Origin: Candidatus Woesearchaeota archaeon
GTDB lineage: Archaea; Nanobdellota; Nanobdellia; Woesearchaeales; ARS49
DNA length: 38,125 nucleotides
Assembly (NCBI GenBank): GCA_016188265.1
Contig: JACPID010000005.1
Coordinates: forward strand, 1-38,125
Direction of reading: 5' to 3'
In this document: positions 17,671 through 26,558 of the stretch, in pieces
How the letters are laid out: every line of letters begins with the position of its first letter
Position numbering within the stretch: the first letter of the stretch is position 1
The notes under the pieces: generated by a model
What the model saw: the letters and a program-made list of their open reading frames with translations, nothing else
The model's database searches: none
Told to the model about the DNA's origin: nothing
Made by a program: the position numbers and the translations under genes

Positions 17671-18179
17671 TTATTCTAATTCTTTTATTGCGTTTCTGGT
17701 TTTGTCAATAAATTCATTTGTTTCTTTTCTTAAAATTTTTATTTCTATGCCTGTTACTTTTGTGTCTATGCCGTATTGGTATTTTTCTCTTAGGTGAACT
17801 AAATCTTCTCCTTCAAGCTTGTCTTTAGTCTCGTCAAGGTATATTTTGTGTAAGTCACTTAATTCTAGTTTTATTTTTTTTGTAGGATTAATTGTTCTAT
17901 TATGGCGAATGTGCATTCTTGATTTCTGCTTTCATAACCGAGGGCTGCTAGAATTGCCAGTAAACAATGATATCTTGTATAAAATGATGCAGTCATTGCC
18001 CATTCGCTAAAACCTCCCTCTATCAAGTGATCCATGACTTGCAAGTTTCTGAAAGCTTTGAGTAAGTGAGCATTTGCTTTGTGAATATCTTTACTGGTTT
18101 TCTTTAATCCTCTGTGTCTTTCTCCTTCTTTTTCTGCTTTTTTCAAGCACCATTGAACTTTATTGTCTATTACTGACAT
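17671..18179 (-). pseudogene. HEPN-domain toxin split by a frameshift at an A8 run
   Basis: ORF 17871-18179 (WAMTASFYTRYHCLLAIL...GYESRNQECT) ends CAA AAA AAA TAA; the -1 frame continues IKLE...LREKYQYG to the stop at 17671; one extra A gives a 169-aa protein. Confidence 0.75.
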
Positions 18180-18760
18180 TTGCTTATTCCCTCTAAAATG
18201 ATTTCCTGGCCTGAAAGCAAAGCACCATTTCTGATAATATCCAGAAGTACTGGATCTTTATTTTTAAGGTTTTTCACTAAATCTTCAAAAGTTTGAACAA
18301 CTAACTGTAATTTTTTTGATGAGGTCTTCTGTAATTCTTGAATTTCTTTGCGTAATTTTTCATAATTTTGCTTCTTTATTACACAAAAAACATCAATATC
18401 ATTAGCATTGATGCCTTTAGTAAGGACAGAACCAAAAAGAATAACACAATCAGCCAATCCTTGAAGTTTTTTCAAATCTTCTGCACAAACTTTAGCAAAA
18501 GAATTTAACTCGTTTTGTGAAAAAACAAACTCAGCACTTTTTCTAGCTATTTGCTCTTGAAAATTAAGCTTATAATACTTCGCCTGCCCTATGCTTTCAA
18601 AAACTAAAATCTTTTGTTTTTCAAGCTTTCTAAGAATTTTATAAGCACCCATTGGAGACAAATTTAGCTTTTTAGCTACTTCATTCATACTAATGCGTTC
18701 ACTCCAGTTTCTAGCTAAAAAATTAATAACTTTAGATTCATTCTCAGTTAACGAAAACAT
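18170..18760 (-). CDS. HTH-fused minimal nucleotidyltransferase (MNT) antitoxin
   Basis: N-terminal wHTH (ISMNEVAKKLNLSPMGAYKIL); LFGS...DIDV MNT motif; overlaps the HEPN gene. Confidence 0.85.
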   Translation of the reverse strand: MFSLTENESKVINFLARNWSERISMNEVAKKLNLSPMGAYKILRKLEKQKILVFESIGQAKYYKLNFQEQIARKSAEFVFSQNELNSFAKVCAEDLKKLQGLADCVILFGSVLTKGINANDIDVFCVIKKQNYEKLRKEIQELQKTSSKKLQLVVQTFEDLVKNLKNKDPVLLDIIRNGALLSGQEIILEGISKCQ

Positions 18761-18773
18761 ACTTCATACCTCA

Positions 18774-18810
18774 AGTATATAACTATATACTACAAGTATA
18801 TAAATCTTTC
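18774..18810 (-). promoter_or_regulatory. MNT-HEPN promoter with palindromic operator
   Basis: GAAAGA-TTTATATA on the minus strand; perfect inverted repeat AGTATATA-ac-TATATACT (18774-18791) between TATA and ATG. Confidence 0.55.
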
Positions 18811-18816
18811 AGTTCA

Positions 18817-18909
18817 CAGACTAGCATTTTTAGAAATTGCGTCAAATTGACAAAACGCTCAAAATTTTAGAAAACGAAACTATTGTCCTATAATTTATTT
18901 CGTTTTCTA
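18817..18909. repeat. Palindromic segment related to the flank of the 3637 element
   Basis: GTCAA-a-TTGAC (18841-18851); 12-bp inverted repeat TAGAAAACGAAA (18868-18879)/TTTCGTTTTCTA (18898-18909); CAGAC..AGC..TTTTTAGAAAT..GTCAA shared with 3607-3641. Confidence 0.5.
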
Positions 18910-18993
18910 TTATATAACTTATCAGAATATATTTTGTTCTATCAAAATTTATTTAAATGCAAACATACTCTAGTATTTAATAGAGAAATATAA

Positions 18994-19009
18994 CCACAAC
19001 ATATAGTGT
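18994..19009 (+). promoter_or_regulatory. NrdR box
   Basis: CCACAACATATAGTGT matches the NrdR consensus acaCwAtATaTwGtgt; degenerate second box AAACATACTCTAGTAT 33 bp upstream (18961-18976). Confidence 0.8.
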
Positions 19010-19048
19010 TTTTATGATGTTACTCTTAAGTGGAGTAAAGTAAATGAG

Positions 19049-19519
19049 GTGAATGTTTTGAGATGCCCTTACTGTCTTCATGAAGAAACAAAAGTTTTGG
19101 ATTCAAGAGTTACTCCAGAACAAGATTCTGTTCGTAGAAGAAGAGAATGTGAAGATTGTTCAAAAAGATTCACAACATATGAGCGTATTGAAGTAAACAA
19201 TATTTCAGTTGTTAAAAAAGATGGTAGAAGAGAGCCTTTTGATAGGGAAAAATTATTGAGAGGAATGCTAAAAGCTTGTGAGAAACGCCCTGTTAAAAGA
19301 GAGCACATTGAAGAGATTGTTGATCAAATTCAAGCGCATTTATTGAAGCTGGACCAGCATGAGATTAAAAGTAAAAAAATAGGAGAGCTTATAATGGATT
19401 CACTAAAAGATCTTGATGATGTTGCTTATGTTCGTTTTGCATCTGTATATAGGCGTTTCAAAGATGCAAACCAGTTCACTAATACAGTAAACATGTTGCA
19501 AAAAATGAAGAATAGGTGA
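19049..19519 (+). CDS. nrdR: Transcriptional repressor NrdR (likely start TTG 19058)
   Basis: CPYC...DSR...RRRRECEDC..RFTTYE zinc ribbon; VVKKDGRREPFDREK ATP cone; VAYVRFASVY. Confidence 0.96.
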   Translation: MNVLRCPYCLHEETKVLDSRVTPEQDSVRRRRECEDCSKRFTTYERIEVNNISVVKKDGRREPFDREKLLRGMLKACEKRPVKREHIEEIVDQIQAHLLKLDQHEIKSKKIGELIMDSLKDLDDVAYVRFASVYRRFKDANQFTNTVNMLQKMKNR

Positions 19520-21778
19520 ATGAAATGGAGTTGACTTTAGAAAAACAAGAAAGCAAAGATGTTGCAATGCTTAGAGAACAGGAAGTTTTTTTAAGTGATC
19601 AAGCAATTCATGTGTTAAACGGTTCGACGCAGTTTGATGAATTAGGTCGCATGATTTTTTTAGATCGTTATGCACTGAAAGCAAAACGCGACACTATTAA
19701 TGAGGGAGATCTTGTAATTACTATAACACTTGAAGATCCTAAATATCCTAAAAAAGATCTTGGAATTGTAGTTAATATATCAGAAAATTATATTGCTACT
19801 CTTCATATGGTTACAGGAAAGTATTCTTGTTCTGAAGAAAATTATACTTTTAAACAATCTGTTTGGAAATGCAGCAAGCCTCTTGAATCAATTGATGATG
19901 CTTACAAGCGTGTAGCCAGAGCAGTAGCTTCTGTCGAAAATAGTTCTGAAAAGCAAACACAATTGTTCCAAGAATTTTATGAGGAGCTTTCAACAAAGCG
20001 CATTCAGCCGGCAGGAAGAATAATGACTGGTGCAAATGTTAATGATGAAAAACATTATACTTCTAATCTAACTTTATACAATTGTTATGTTATTCCCTGC
20101 CCAAAAGACAGCAGAACAGGCATTGTTGAAACACTTAAGCAAATGATTGAAATAATGTCAAGAGGCGGAGGAGTTGGTATTTCTCTTGCATCATTAAGGC
20201 CAAAATATGCTTATGTGCAGGGAGTTCATGGACAATCTTCTGGTTCAGTATCATGGGGAGGTTTGTACTCATTTGCAACAGGTCTTGTTGAACAAGGCGG
20301 ATCAAGAAGAGGGGCGCTTATGCTTATGCAGGCAGATTGGCATCCTGATGTTCTTGAGTTTATTACTGCAAAGACAAAAATGGGAAATATAGAAAATGCA
20401 AATATTTCTGTTATGGTTTCAGATCGTTTTATGGAATCATTGAAAAAAGATGATGATTGGAACTTAGAATTTCCTGATTATGAATTTCCAGGCTATAAAG
20501 AAATTTACCAAAAAGAGTGGAATGGAGATCTTAAAGCTTGGAAAGAAAAAGGATACCCTATTAGGATATATAAAACAATTAAAGCTAGAGAATTATGGGA
20601 CTTGCTTATAACTTCTGCCTGGAGAAGCGCTGAGCCAGGAGTTGTGTTTATGGAAAGGTATAACAAACTGAGCAATAGTTATTATTTTAATCCTATAATT
20701 TGTACAAATCCTTGTGGTGAACAAGGATTGCCTGGTTGGGGTGTATGTAATTTAGGGCATTTATACTTAGGTGCTTTTGCAAAAAAAAAAAGGTGAAGAT
20801 GAACAAGGGCCTGTTTACGAGCTTGATTGGGAGCAGTTAAAAAAATCTTCACAAAGACTTACAAGATTTCTTGATAATGTCATTGATTTAACGCCTTATT
20901 TTTTTGAAGAAAATAGAAATAATCAAAAAGCAGAAAGGCGTGTTGGCGGGGGGACTCTTGGTTTAGGGGAGTTATTAATAAAATTACGTGTCAAATACGG
21001 ATCAGATAAATCTATAGATTTAATAGACAATGTTTACAGAACAATTGCTGTTGAAATGTATATTGAATCTGCAAATATTGCTAAAGAAAAAGGGGCATTT
21101 CAAAAATTTGATAAAGAAAAATTTTTACAAAGTGGTTTTATGAATCAAATGCCTGAAGAAGTTAGGGATGCTGTCAGTAAAAATGGCATTAGAAATGTAA
21201 CTTTAACAACTCAAGCGCCTACTGGTACTGTAGGATCAATGCTAGGAACATCAACAGGCATAGAACCCTATTATGCTTTTGAGTATTATAGGCAATCAAG
21301 ATTAGGATTTCATAAAGTAATGATACCTTTAGCTGAAGAATACAAAAAGATTAATGAGCAGTTGCCTGATTTTTTTGCAAGTGCAACTGAACTTGGGCCT
21401 GTAGAACATATTAAAGTGCAAGCTGCAGTTCAAAAATGGACTGATTCTTCAATTAGTAAAACAGCAAATGCTCCTAAAAATTTTGGTTTAGAAGAAACAA
21501 AAGCATTGTATGAACAAGCATATGATCTTGGCTGCAAAGGAGTAACAATATACAGGGATGGTTGTAGAAATGAACAAATTCTTTCAACAAATGAGGATAC
21601 TGAGAAAAAAAATCTTGCATCATCGCATGGCATGTTAGAAAATGATCTTGCAAAAGATATTGGCGCTGAAGCTGGTAAAACCTGCCCTAATTGCCAAAAA
21701 GGAACAATGGTTAAAAGTGGCGGGTGCACAGAATGCTCTCTTGGCTGTGGTTTTACAGGAAGTTGTGATATGAAATAA
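19516..21778 (+). CDS. nrdJ: Class II (AdoCbl-dependent) ribonucleotide reductase NrdJ1, interrupted by a +1 frameshift at A11 (20781-20791)
   Basis: ORF 19516-20796: YNCYV, RGGGVG, QGGSRRGA, TNPCGEQ, VCNLG. ORF 20771-21778: APTGT, GIEP, SISKT, GCKGVTIYRDG, C-terminal CPNC...CTEC...C. Removing one A fuses them into about 753 aa. Confidence 0.88.
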
Positions 21779-21820
21779 TAGTTACATAAAGTATTTATAA
21801 GGCCAAAAAAGTCGCACATT

Positions 21821-23842
21821 ATGATTACTCATAGTGTTAGTTATGTTGTTAAACGCGATGGAAGTACTGTTTTGTTTAATCCTGATAAAATAAGAATTGC
21901 AGTTACAAAAGCATTGCAAGCTGTTGGTAGTGAGAATATTAATATTTCAGAAGAAATAACAAGACAAGTAGTTGAAGAGGTTGAATTAAAGTATATTAAT
22001 AATGCTCCTGCAGTTGAGAATATTCAGGATATTGTTGAAAACGTGTTGATATCAAATGGTTATGCAGAAACTGCAAAGGCATATATTTTATACAGGCAAA
22101 AAAGAAAAGAACGTAGAGAATTAAGAAGTGCGCTTCTTGATGGAAAAACAACAAATATAGATATTTCAGAAAATTCCTTGCTTATTTTCAGAGAACGTTA
22201 TTTATTGAGAGATGAATCTGGAAAAATTAAAGAAACTCCTGAAGAATTATTCAAGCGTGTTGCAAAAGCAGTATCGCGAGCAGAAAAACAAAGCCAAGAA
22301 TTAGAAGTAAAATTTTACAACGTTCTTTCAAATCTTGAATTTCTTCCAAGTTCTCCGACACTTATGAATGCAGGATTAATTTCTCAACAATTATTTCCAG
22401 CATTTGCACTGCCTGTTCCAGATGAACTTGAAGGAATATATGAAACATTAAAAAATGCAGTAAAAATTCACAAACTTGGAGGCGGGACTGGGTTTAATTT
22501 TAGCAATATTAGGCCTAAAAATGATTTAGTTAAAAATTCTTGCGCAATTGCTGTTGGGCCAATGGCAGTAATGAATGTATTTGATAATGCTCTTGGAACA
22601 GTTTTACAAAATGGAAAAAGACAAGGCGGAAACATGGCAGTTTTACGGGTCGACCACCCTAATATTATGGAATTTATCACTCTTAAAGAAAAAACAGGAG
22701 GTATGAATAATTTTAATCTTTCTGTTGCAATAACTGAAGAGTTTATGAATGCTGTTGAAAATAATGAAGTAATTGCTTTGCGCAATCCTAATTCAGGGGT
22801 TATAACACAAAATGTTCCTGCGAAACAAATATTTGATTTGCTTGTACTAATGGCTTGGCGTACAGGAGATCCAGGGGTAATATTTATTGATAGAGTAAAC
22901 TCATCTAATGCAAATCCATTGCCAGATTTGTATAGTATTGAAACAACAAATCCTTGCGGTGAACAACCATTGTATCCTTATGAAGCGTGCCCTTTTGGGT
23001 CTATTAATTTATCAAAAATGATTGTTAATGGAAGAATTGATGTGCAAAAGCTTAGAGAAACTGTAAGAGTATCAACTTTTTTTTTAGACAACTTAATTGA
23101 TATTAATATGTATCCATTAATAGAAACTGAAAGAATTTGCAAACAAAACAGAAGAATAGGATTAGGAGTGATGGGTTTTGCTGACTTATTATTTGAATTA
23201 AAAATACCTTATGATAGTGAAGAAGGTGTTGAAATAGGCAGAAAAATTATGCACATAATTTCAAAAGAAAGCGAGCAATCATCACAAAAAATTGCTGAAG
23301 AAAAAGGCGTGTTTCCAAATTTTGAAAAAAGCATATATGCAAATGGAGTTATGTTGAGAAATGCATCTAGAACAACAATCTCTCCTACAGGAAGTATAAG
23401 CGCATTAGCAGACTGCAGTCCTGGCATCGAGCCAGTTTATGCTCTTTCTTTTGTAAAAAAAGTGCTAAATGGTAAAGAACTTCTTTGTGTGAATCAGTAT
23501 TTTGAAAATGCTCTTCGCGAAAGAGGATTATATTCTGAAGATTTAATGAAAAAAGTTGCCCAGTTTGGAAGTATTCAACATATGGAAGAAATACCTCAGG
23601 ATATTAAAGATGTATTTAAAATAAGCCATGATATTAATCCTTTTTGGCATGTACGCATGCAGGCAGCATTTCAAGAATTTACAGATAATGCAATAAGCAA
23701 AACAGTTAATTTTCCAAACATGTCAACAACAAAAGATGTGGCAGATGCTTACATGCTAGCTTATAAATTAGGTTGTAAAGGAATAACAATTTATCGTGAT
23801 GGAAGTAAAGATTTTCAAGTATTAAATGTCAAAAAATATTAA
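21821..23842 (+). CDS. nrdJ: Class II RNR paralog NrdJ2 with N-terminal ATP cone, lacking the first redox-active Cys
   Basis: VVKRDG...AKAYILYR ATP cone; PSSPTLMNAG, TNPCGEQ, SPTGS, GCKGITIYRDG; QLFPAFALP in place of the usual QLSACFVLP. Confidence 0.85.
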   Translation: MITHSVSYVVKRDGSTVLFNPDKIRIAVTKALQAVGSENINISEEITRQVVEEVELKYINNAPAVENIQDIVENVLISNGYAETAKAYILYRQKRKERRELRSALLDGKTTNIDISENSLLIFRERYLLRDESGKIKETPEELFKRVAKAVSRAEKQSQELEVKFYNVLSNLEFLPSSPTLMNAGLISQQLFPAFALPVPDELEGIYETLKNAVKIHKLGGGTGFNFSNIRPKNDLVKNSCAIAVGPMAVMNVFDNALGTVLQNGKRQGGNMAVLRVDHPNIMEFITLKEKTGGMNNFNLSVAITEEFMNAVENNEVIALRNPNSGVITQNVPAKQIFDLLVLMAWRTGDPGVIFIDRVNSSNANPLPDLYSIETTNPCGEQPLYPYEACPFGSINLSKMIVNGRIDVQKLRETVRVSTFFLDNLIDINMYPLIETERICKQNRRIGLGVMGFADLLFELKIPYDSEEGVEIGRKIMHIISKESEQSSQKIAEEKGVFPNFEKSIYANGVMLRNASRTTISPTGSISALADCSPGIEPVYALSFVKKVLNGKELLCVNQYFENALRERGLYSEDLMKKVAQFGSIQHMEEIPQDIKDVFKISHDINPFWHVRMQAAFQEFTDNAISKTVNFPNMSTTKDVADAYMLAYKLGCKGITIYRDGSKDFQVLNVKKY

Positions 23843-24195
23843 AAATAGTTTACTCTATCTGCACAAGGCCTTGGGTAAGAAATTCTTGGTTTTACTGTGT
23901 CAGGATATTTTGGCCTGTCATTATAAATTTTGTACAAATCTAATAATCCGCTTTTTCCTCCTATTGTTAGTTCTGGATCCATTGGAGGATTGCATTCTGT
24001 GCCTTCTTGTCGTTCAACTCTGAGGCATGCACCGTATGAATCTGTGTCCCAGTAACGGCATGAGATATACTTTATTGTATTCATGCTTGTTCTTCCTGTT
24101 ATTGATGGTTGTACAACAACAAATACACTAACTAAAACAAATAATAAAATTAAAAGAAATATCAAATACTCAAAAAAGTGATGGTGTTTATTCAT
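23839..24195 (-). CDS. Small membrane-anchored hypothetical protein
   Basis: TM helix followed by SITG motif; likely ATG at 24195 overlapping the upstream stop (ATGA). Confidence 0.6.
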   Translation of the reverse strand: MNKHHHFFEYLIFLLILLFVLVSVFVVVQPSITGRTSMNTIKYISCRYWDTDSYGACLRVERQEGTECNPPMDPELTIGGKSGLLDLYKIYNDRPKYPDTVKPRISYPRPCADRVNYF

Positions 24196-24500
24196 TTTTT
24201 TTGGCCTGATAATCTCCAAGATGGAAGTTGAGGTGGTTGTTGTGCTTCACTTGCAGCTTGTGCTTGTTTTTTAACTTCTTCTTCCCATTCTACAGGTTGA
24301 GGCAATTCCCCTACTCTTCTGGGAGCTACACTGTATTTTGCTCCAGGCCCTTTGCCAACCCAGTAATCTGCATAAAGACTGCCTTTAGCATGCGACCCTG
24401 AAAGGCTTGCCTTTTGAAATAATAATAAAAGGCTAACAATTGATATTATTGCAACTATTCCTAACATAACATGTGCCATTGCTTGTTTATGATTGCTCAT
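24192..24500 (-). CDS. Small membrane-anchored hypothetical protein
   Basis: MLGIVAIISIVSLLLLF TM helix; SD GGGGTG upstream. Confidence 0.6.
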   Translation of the reverse strand: MSNHKQAMAHVMLGIVAIISIVSLLLLFQKASLSGSHAKGSLYADYWVGKGPGAKYSVAPRRVGELPQPVEWEEEVKKQAQAASEAQQPPQLPSWRLSGQKK

Positions 24501-24572
24501 ATACTTACACCCCTTTTTATTATTATTTTATAATCAACAGGTATATAAATGTTTTTATAATCCTGTGTTAAC

Positions 24573-25778
24573 ATGGCAGTGATTAAATTTGAAACAATAA
24601 ATTTTCAAAAATGTGAAGAAAGTATTAAAGGAATTTTTTTAAAAACTCATGAATTCATTATTAAACACTCTGATCTTGAAAAAATTGGAAACTACATTGT
24701 TGAAAACAAAGATTTGTTATTTCCTGATAAAAAACAAGAATTTGTTGATCGCAAATTCTCACTTTTGCTTGAAGAAGCTTTTAAAAATTTAAAAAATAGA
24801 GTTACAAAAAAACCTGCTTTGTATGTTCATAGAAACAGTGGAATACCTCTTATTGGAAATATTGCTTTTGGCGTTCTTGATAGAGGCACAAATATTATTG
24901 AGATTAGGCCTATAAGTGGTTGTAATATTCGGTGTGTTTATTGTTCAGTAAGTGATGATGCTCGTGTTCGGGATGTTGTTGTAGAACGAGAGTATTTGGT
25001 TCAAGAATTTAAAAAGCTTGTAGAATTCAAAAAGACCAGCGCAATTGAAGCTCATATTGCAGCGCAAGGAGAACCTACACTATATGGTGAGCTTGTAAGC
25101 TTAATTCAGGATTTAAGTTGTATTTCTGAAGTTGGTACAATTTCCATTGACACAAATGGTACATTGCTTAATGAAATTTTTATTGATGAGCTTATTAGTG
25201 CTGGTTTGACTAGATTTAATTTTTCTTTAAATTCAATGGATGAAGAAACTGCAAAAAAGATTGCAAATGCAGGTTATAATCATAAACGTGTTTTAGGCAT
25301 GATCAAATATATTAGCACGCGAGCAGAATTAATAATAGCTCCAGTTTTGGTTCAAGGCTGGAATGATAAAGAAATGAGCAGTATTATTGAGTTTGCAAAA
25401 AGTTTGAAAAATGAAAAATTTACTCCAAAAATTTGTATTCAAAATTATTTGTATTATAAGTATGGTAGAAATCCTGCAAAACAATTGTCTTTTGAAGAGT
25501 TTTATAAAATGCTTGAAAATTTGGAAAAAAAACATTGTGTGAAATTAATTGTTAGCAAAGAAGATTTTAAAATCGAGAAATTACCTACTTTAGAAAAACC
25601 TTTTAAAAAAGGCCAAACAATTGAAGCTGAAATTGTAGGTGAAGGAAGATTGCCTAATGAAAAACTTGCAGTAGCTAAAGAAAGAGTTATTTCAGTTATT
25701 AGTTCTTTGCAAAGAAAAAAAACACATATTAGTATAACTCGTTCTAAACATAATATTTTTTATGGAGTAGCAAAATAA
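24573..25778 (+). CDS. Archaeal radical SAM protein with C-terminal TRAM-like domain
   Basis: CNIRCVYC motif; GIPLIG..AFG..DRGTN; QGEP; DTNG. Confidence 0.88.
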   Translation: MAVIKFETINFQKCEESIKGIFLKTHEFIIKHSDLEKIGNYIVENKDLLFPDKKQEFVDRKFSLLLEEAFKNLKNRVTKKPALYVHRNSGIPLIGNIAFGVLDRGTNIIEIRPISGCNIRCVYCSVSDDARVRDVVVEREYLVQEFKKLVEFKKTSAIEAHIAAQGEPTLYGELVSLIQDLSCISEVGTISIDTNGTLLNEIFIDELISAGLTRFNFSLNSMDEETAKKIANAGYNHKRVLGMIKYISTRAELIIAPVLVQGWNDKEMSSIIEFAKSLKNEKFTPKICIQNYLYYKYGRNPAKQLSFEEFYKMLENLEKKHCVKLIVSKEDFKIEKLPTLEKPFKKGQTIEAEIVGEGRLPNEKLAVAKERVISVISSLQRKKTHISITRSKHNIFYGVAK

Positions 25779-25792
25779 AAAAAAAAATTAAT

Positions 25793-26470
25793 TTAAAGTC
25801 TTTGTCTTAAAGACTTTAATATACTTTTTGCTTCATCTTTAAGTGCTAGTCCAAAACCAATTCCCAAAGCAAGTGCCATTCCTAGCATAAGTCCTGCAAC
25901 AAGCAATAAAACTGTTTGCTGAGCAAGTGCGATTTGCACACCAATTTGGCTTAAAACAACTAGTACTGTAAAGACCCAAACAACTAGTTTTGATCCGCTT
26001 GCAATCCAGTCTGCATGTTTTGCTTTAGTTTCAAGAACTCTCATTGACAAATACTCTGCAGATAGTGCTCCGACTATTGCAATTAAAACTGCAAGAATTG
26101 CATTAGGAATCCATACTTGAGCTGCAAAAGATAAAAAATCAGCAAGTTTTGCCAGTTTATTAGAAATTAATTCTGCTGCTGGAATAAAAAACAGTACAAA
26201 AACATACCATTTAGCAAGTAAACCTAATAAATAACTTAATTTAAGGCTACCAACTAATTTTTTTAAATTAGTCTTTTGCACTGCATACTTATCAAGTTCT
26301 AATTTTTCAAGGCCTGAATTCACAAGCCAGCCAACCAGCACTGCAACTAAATATCCTAAGCTCAAAACTATTGCAGCGCCTACTAATCCTGGAATTGTTG
26401 ACACAACACCTGTTAATAGTTCTGTTAAAGAATTAATTAATGCATTCCATGTTTCTGCTAATATACTCAC
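25793..26470 (-). CDS. Conserved TM-helix repeat membrane protein (CmpX/MscS-related)
   Basis: Repeated IPGLVGA/IPNAILA helices; ALALGIGFGLALKD. Confidence 0.75.
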   Translation of the reverse strand: MSILAETWNALINSLTELLTGVVSTIPGLVGAAIVLSLGYLVAVLVGWLVNSGLEKLELDKYAVQKTNLKKLVGSLKLSYLLGLLAKWYVFVLFFIPAAELISNKLAKLADFLSFAAQVWIPNAILAVLIAIVGALSAEYLSMRVLETKAKHADWIASGSKLVVWVFTVLVVLSQIGVQIALAQQTVLLLVAGLMLGMALALGIGFGLALKDEAKSILKSLRQRL

Positions 26471-26524
26471 TGCTGACCACCCCTTTTTTTTTGTTTTTTT
26501 GTATTAAAGATGAATATAAAAGAG

Positions 26525-26558
26525 AAAAAAAAATTTAAAGAAGAGAAATGCTCTTCTT
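26525..26558 (-). terminator. Hairpin plus oligo-T terminator after the S-layer gene
   Basis: AAGAAGAG-N5-CTCTTCTT followed by a T9 run on the minus strand. Confidence 0.5.

Noticed and set aside
17269..18896. 11-bp inverted match AAATTATAGGA / TCCTATAATTT flanking the orphan and HEPN-MNT genes as possible terminal repeats
   Set aside because: Short AT-rich match expected by chance; no target-site duplication or transposase
19516..21778. Intein, intron or natural NrdJa/NrdJb split in nrdJ1
   Set aside because: No intein or intron motifs; the break lies within the catalytic barrel and is fully explained by one extra A
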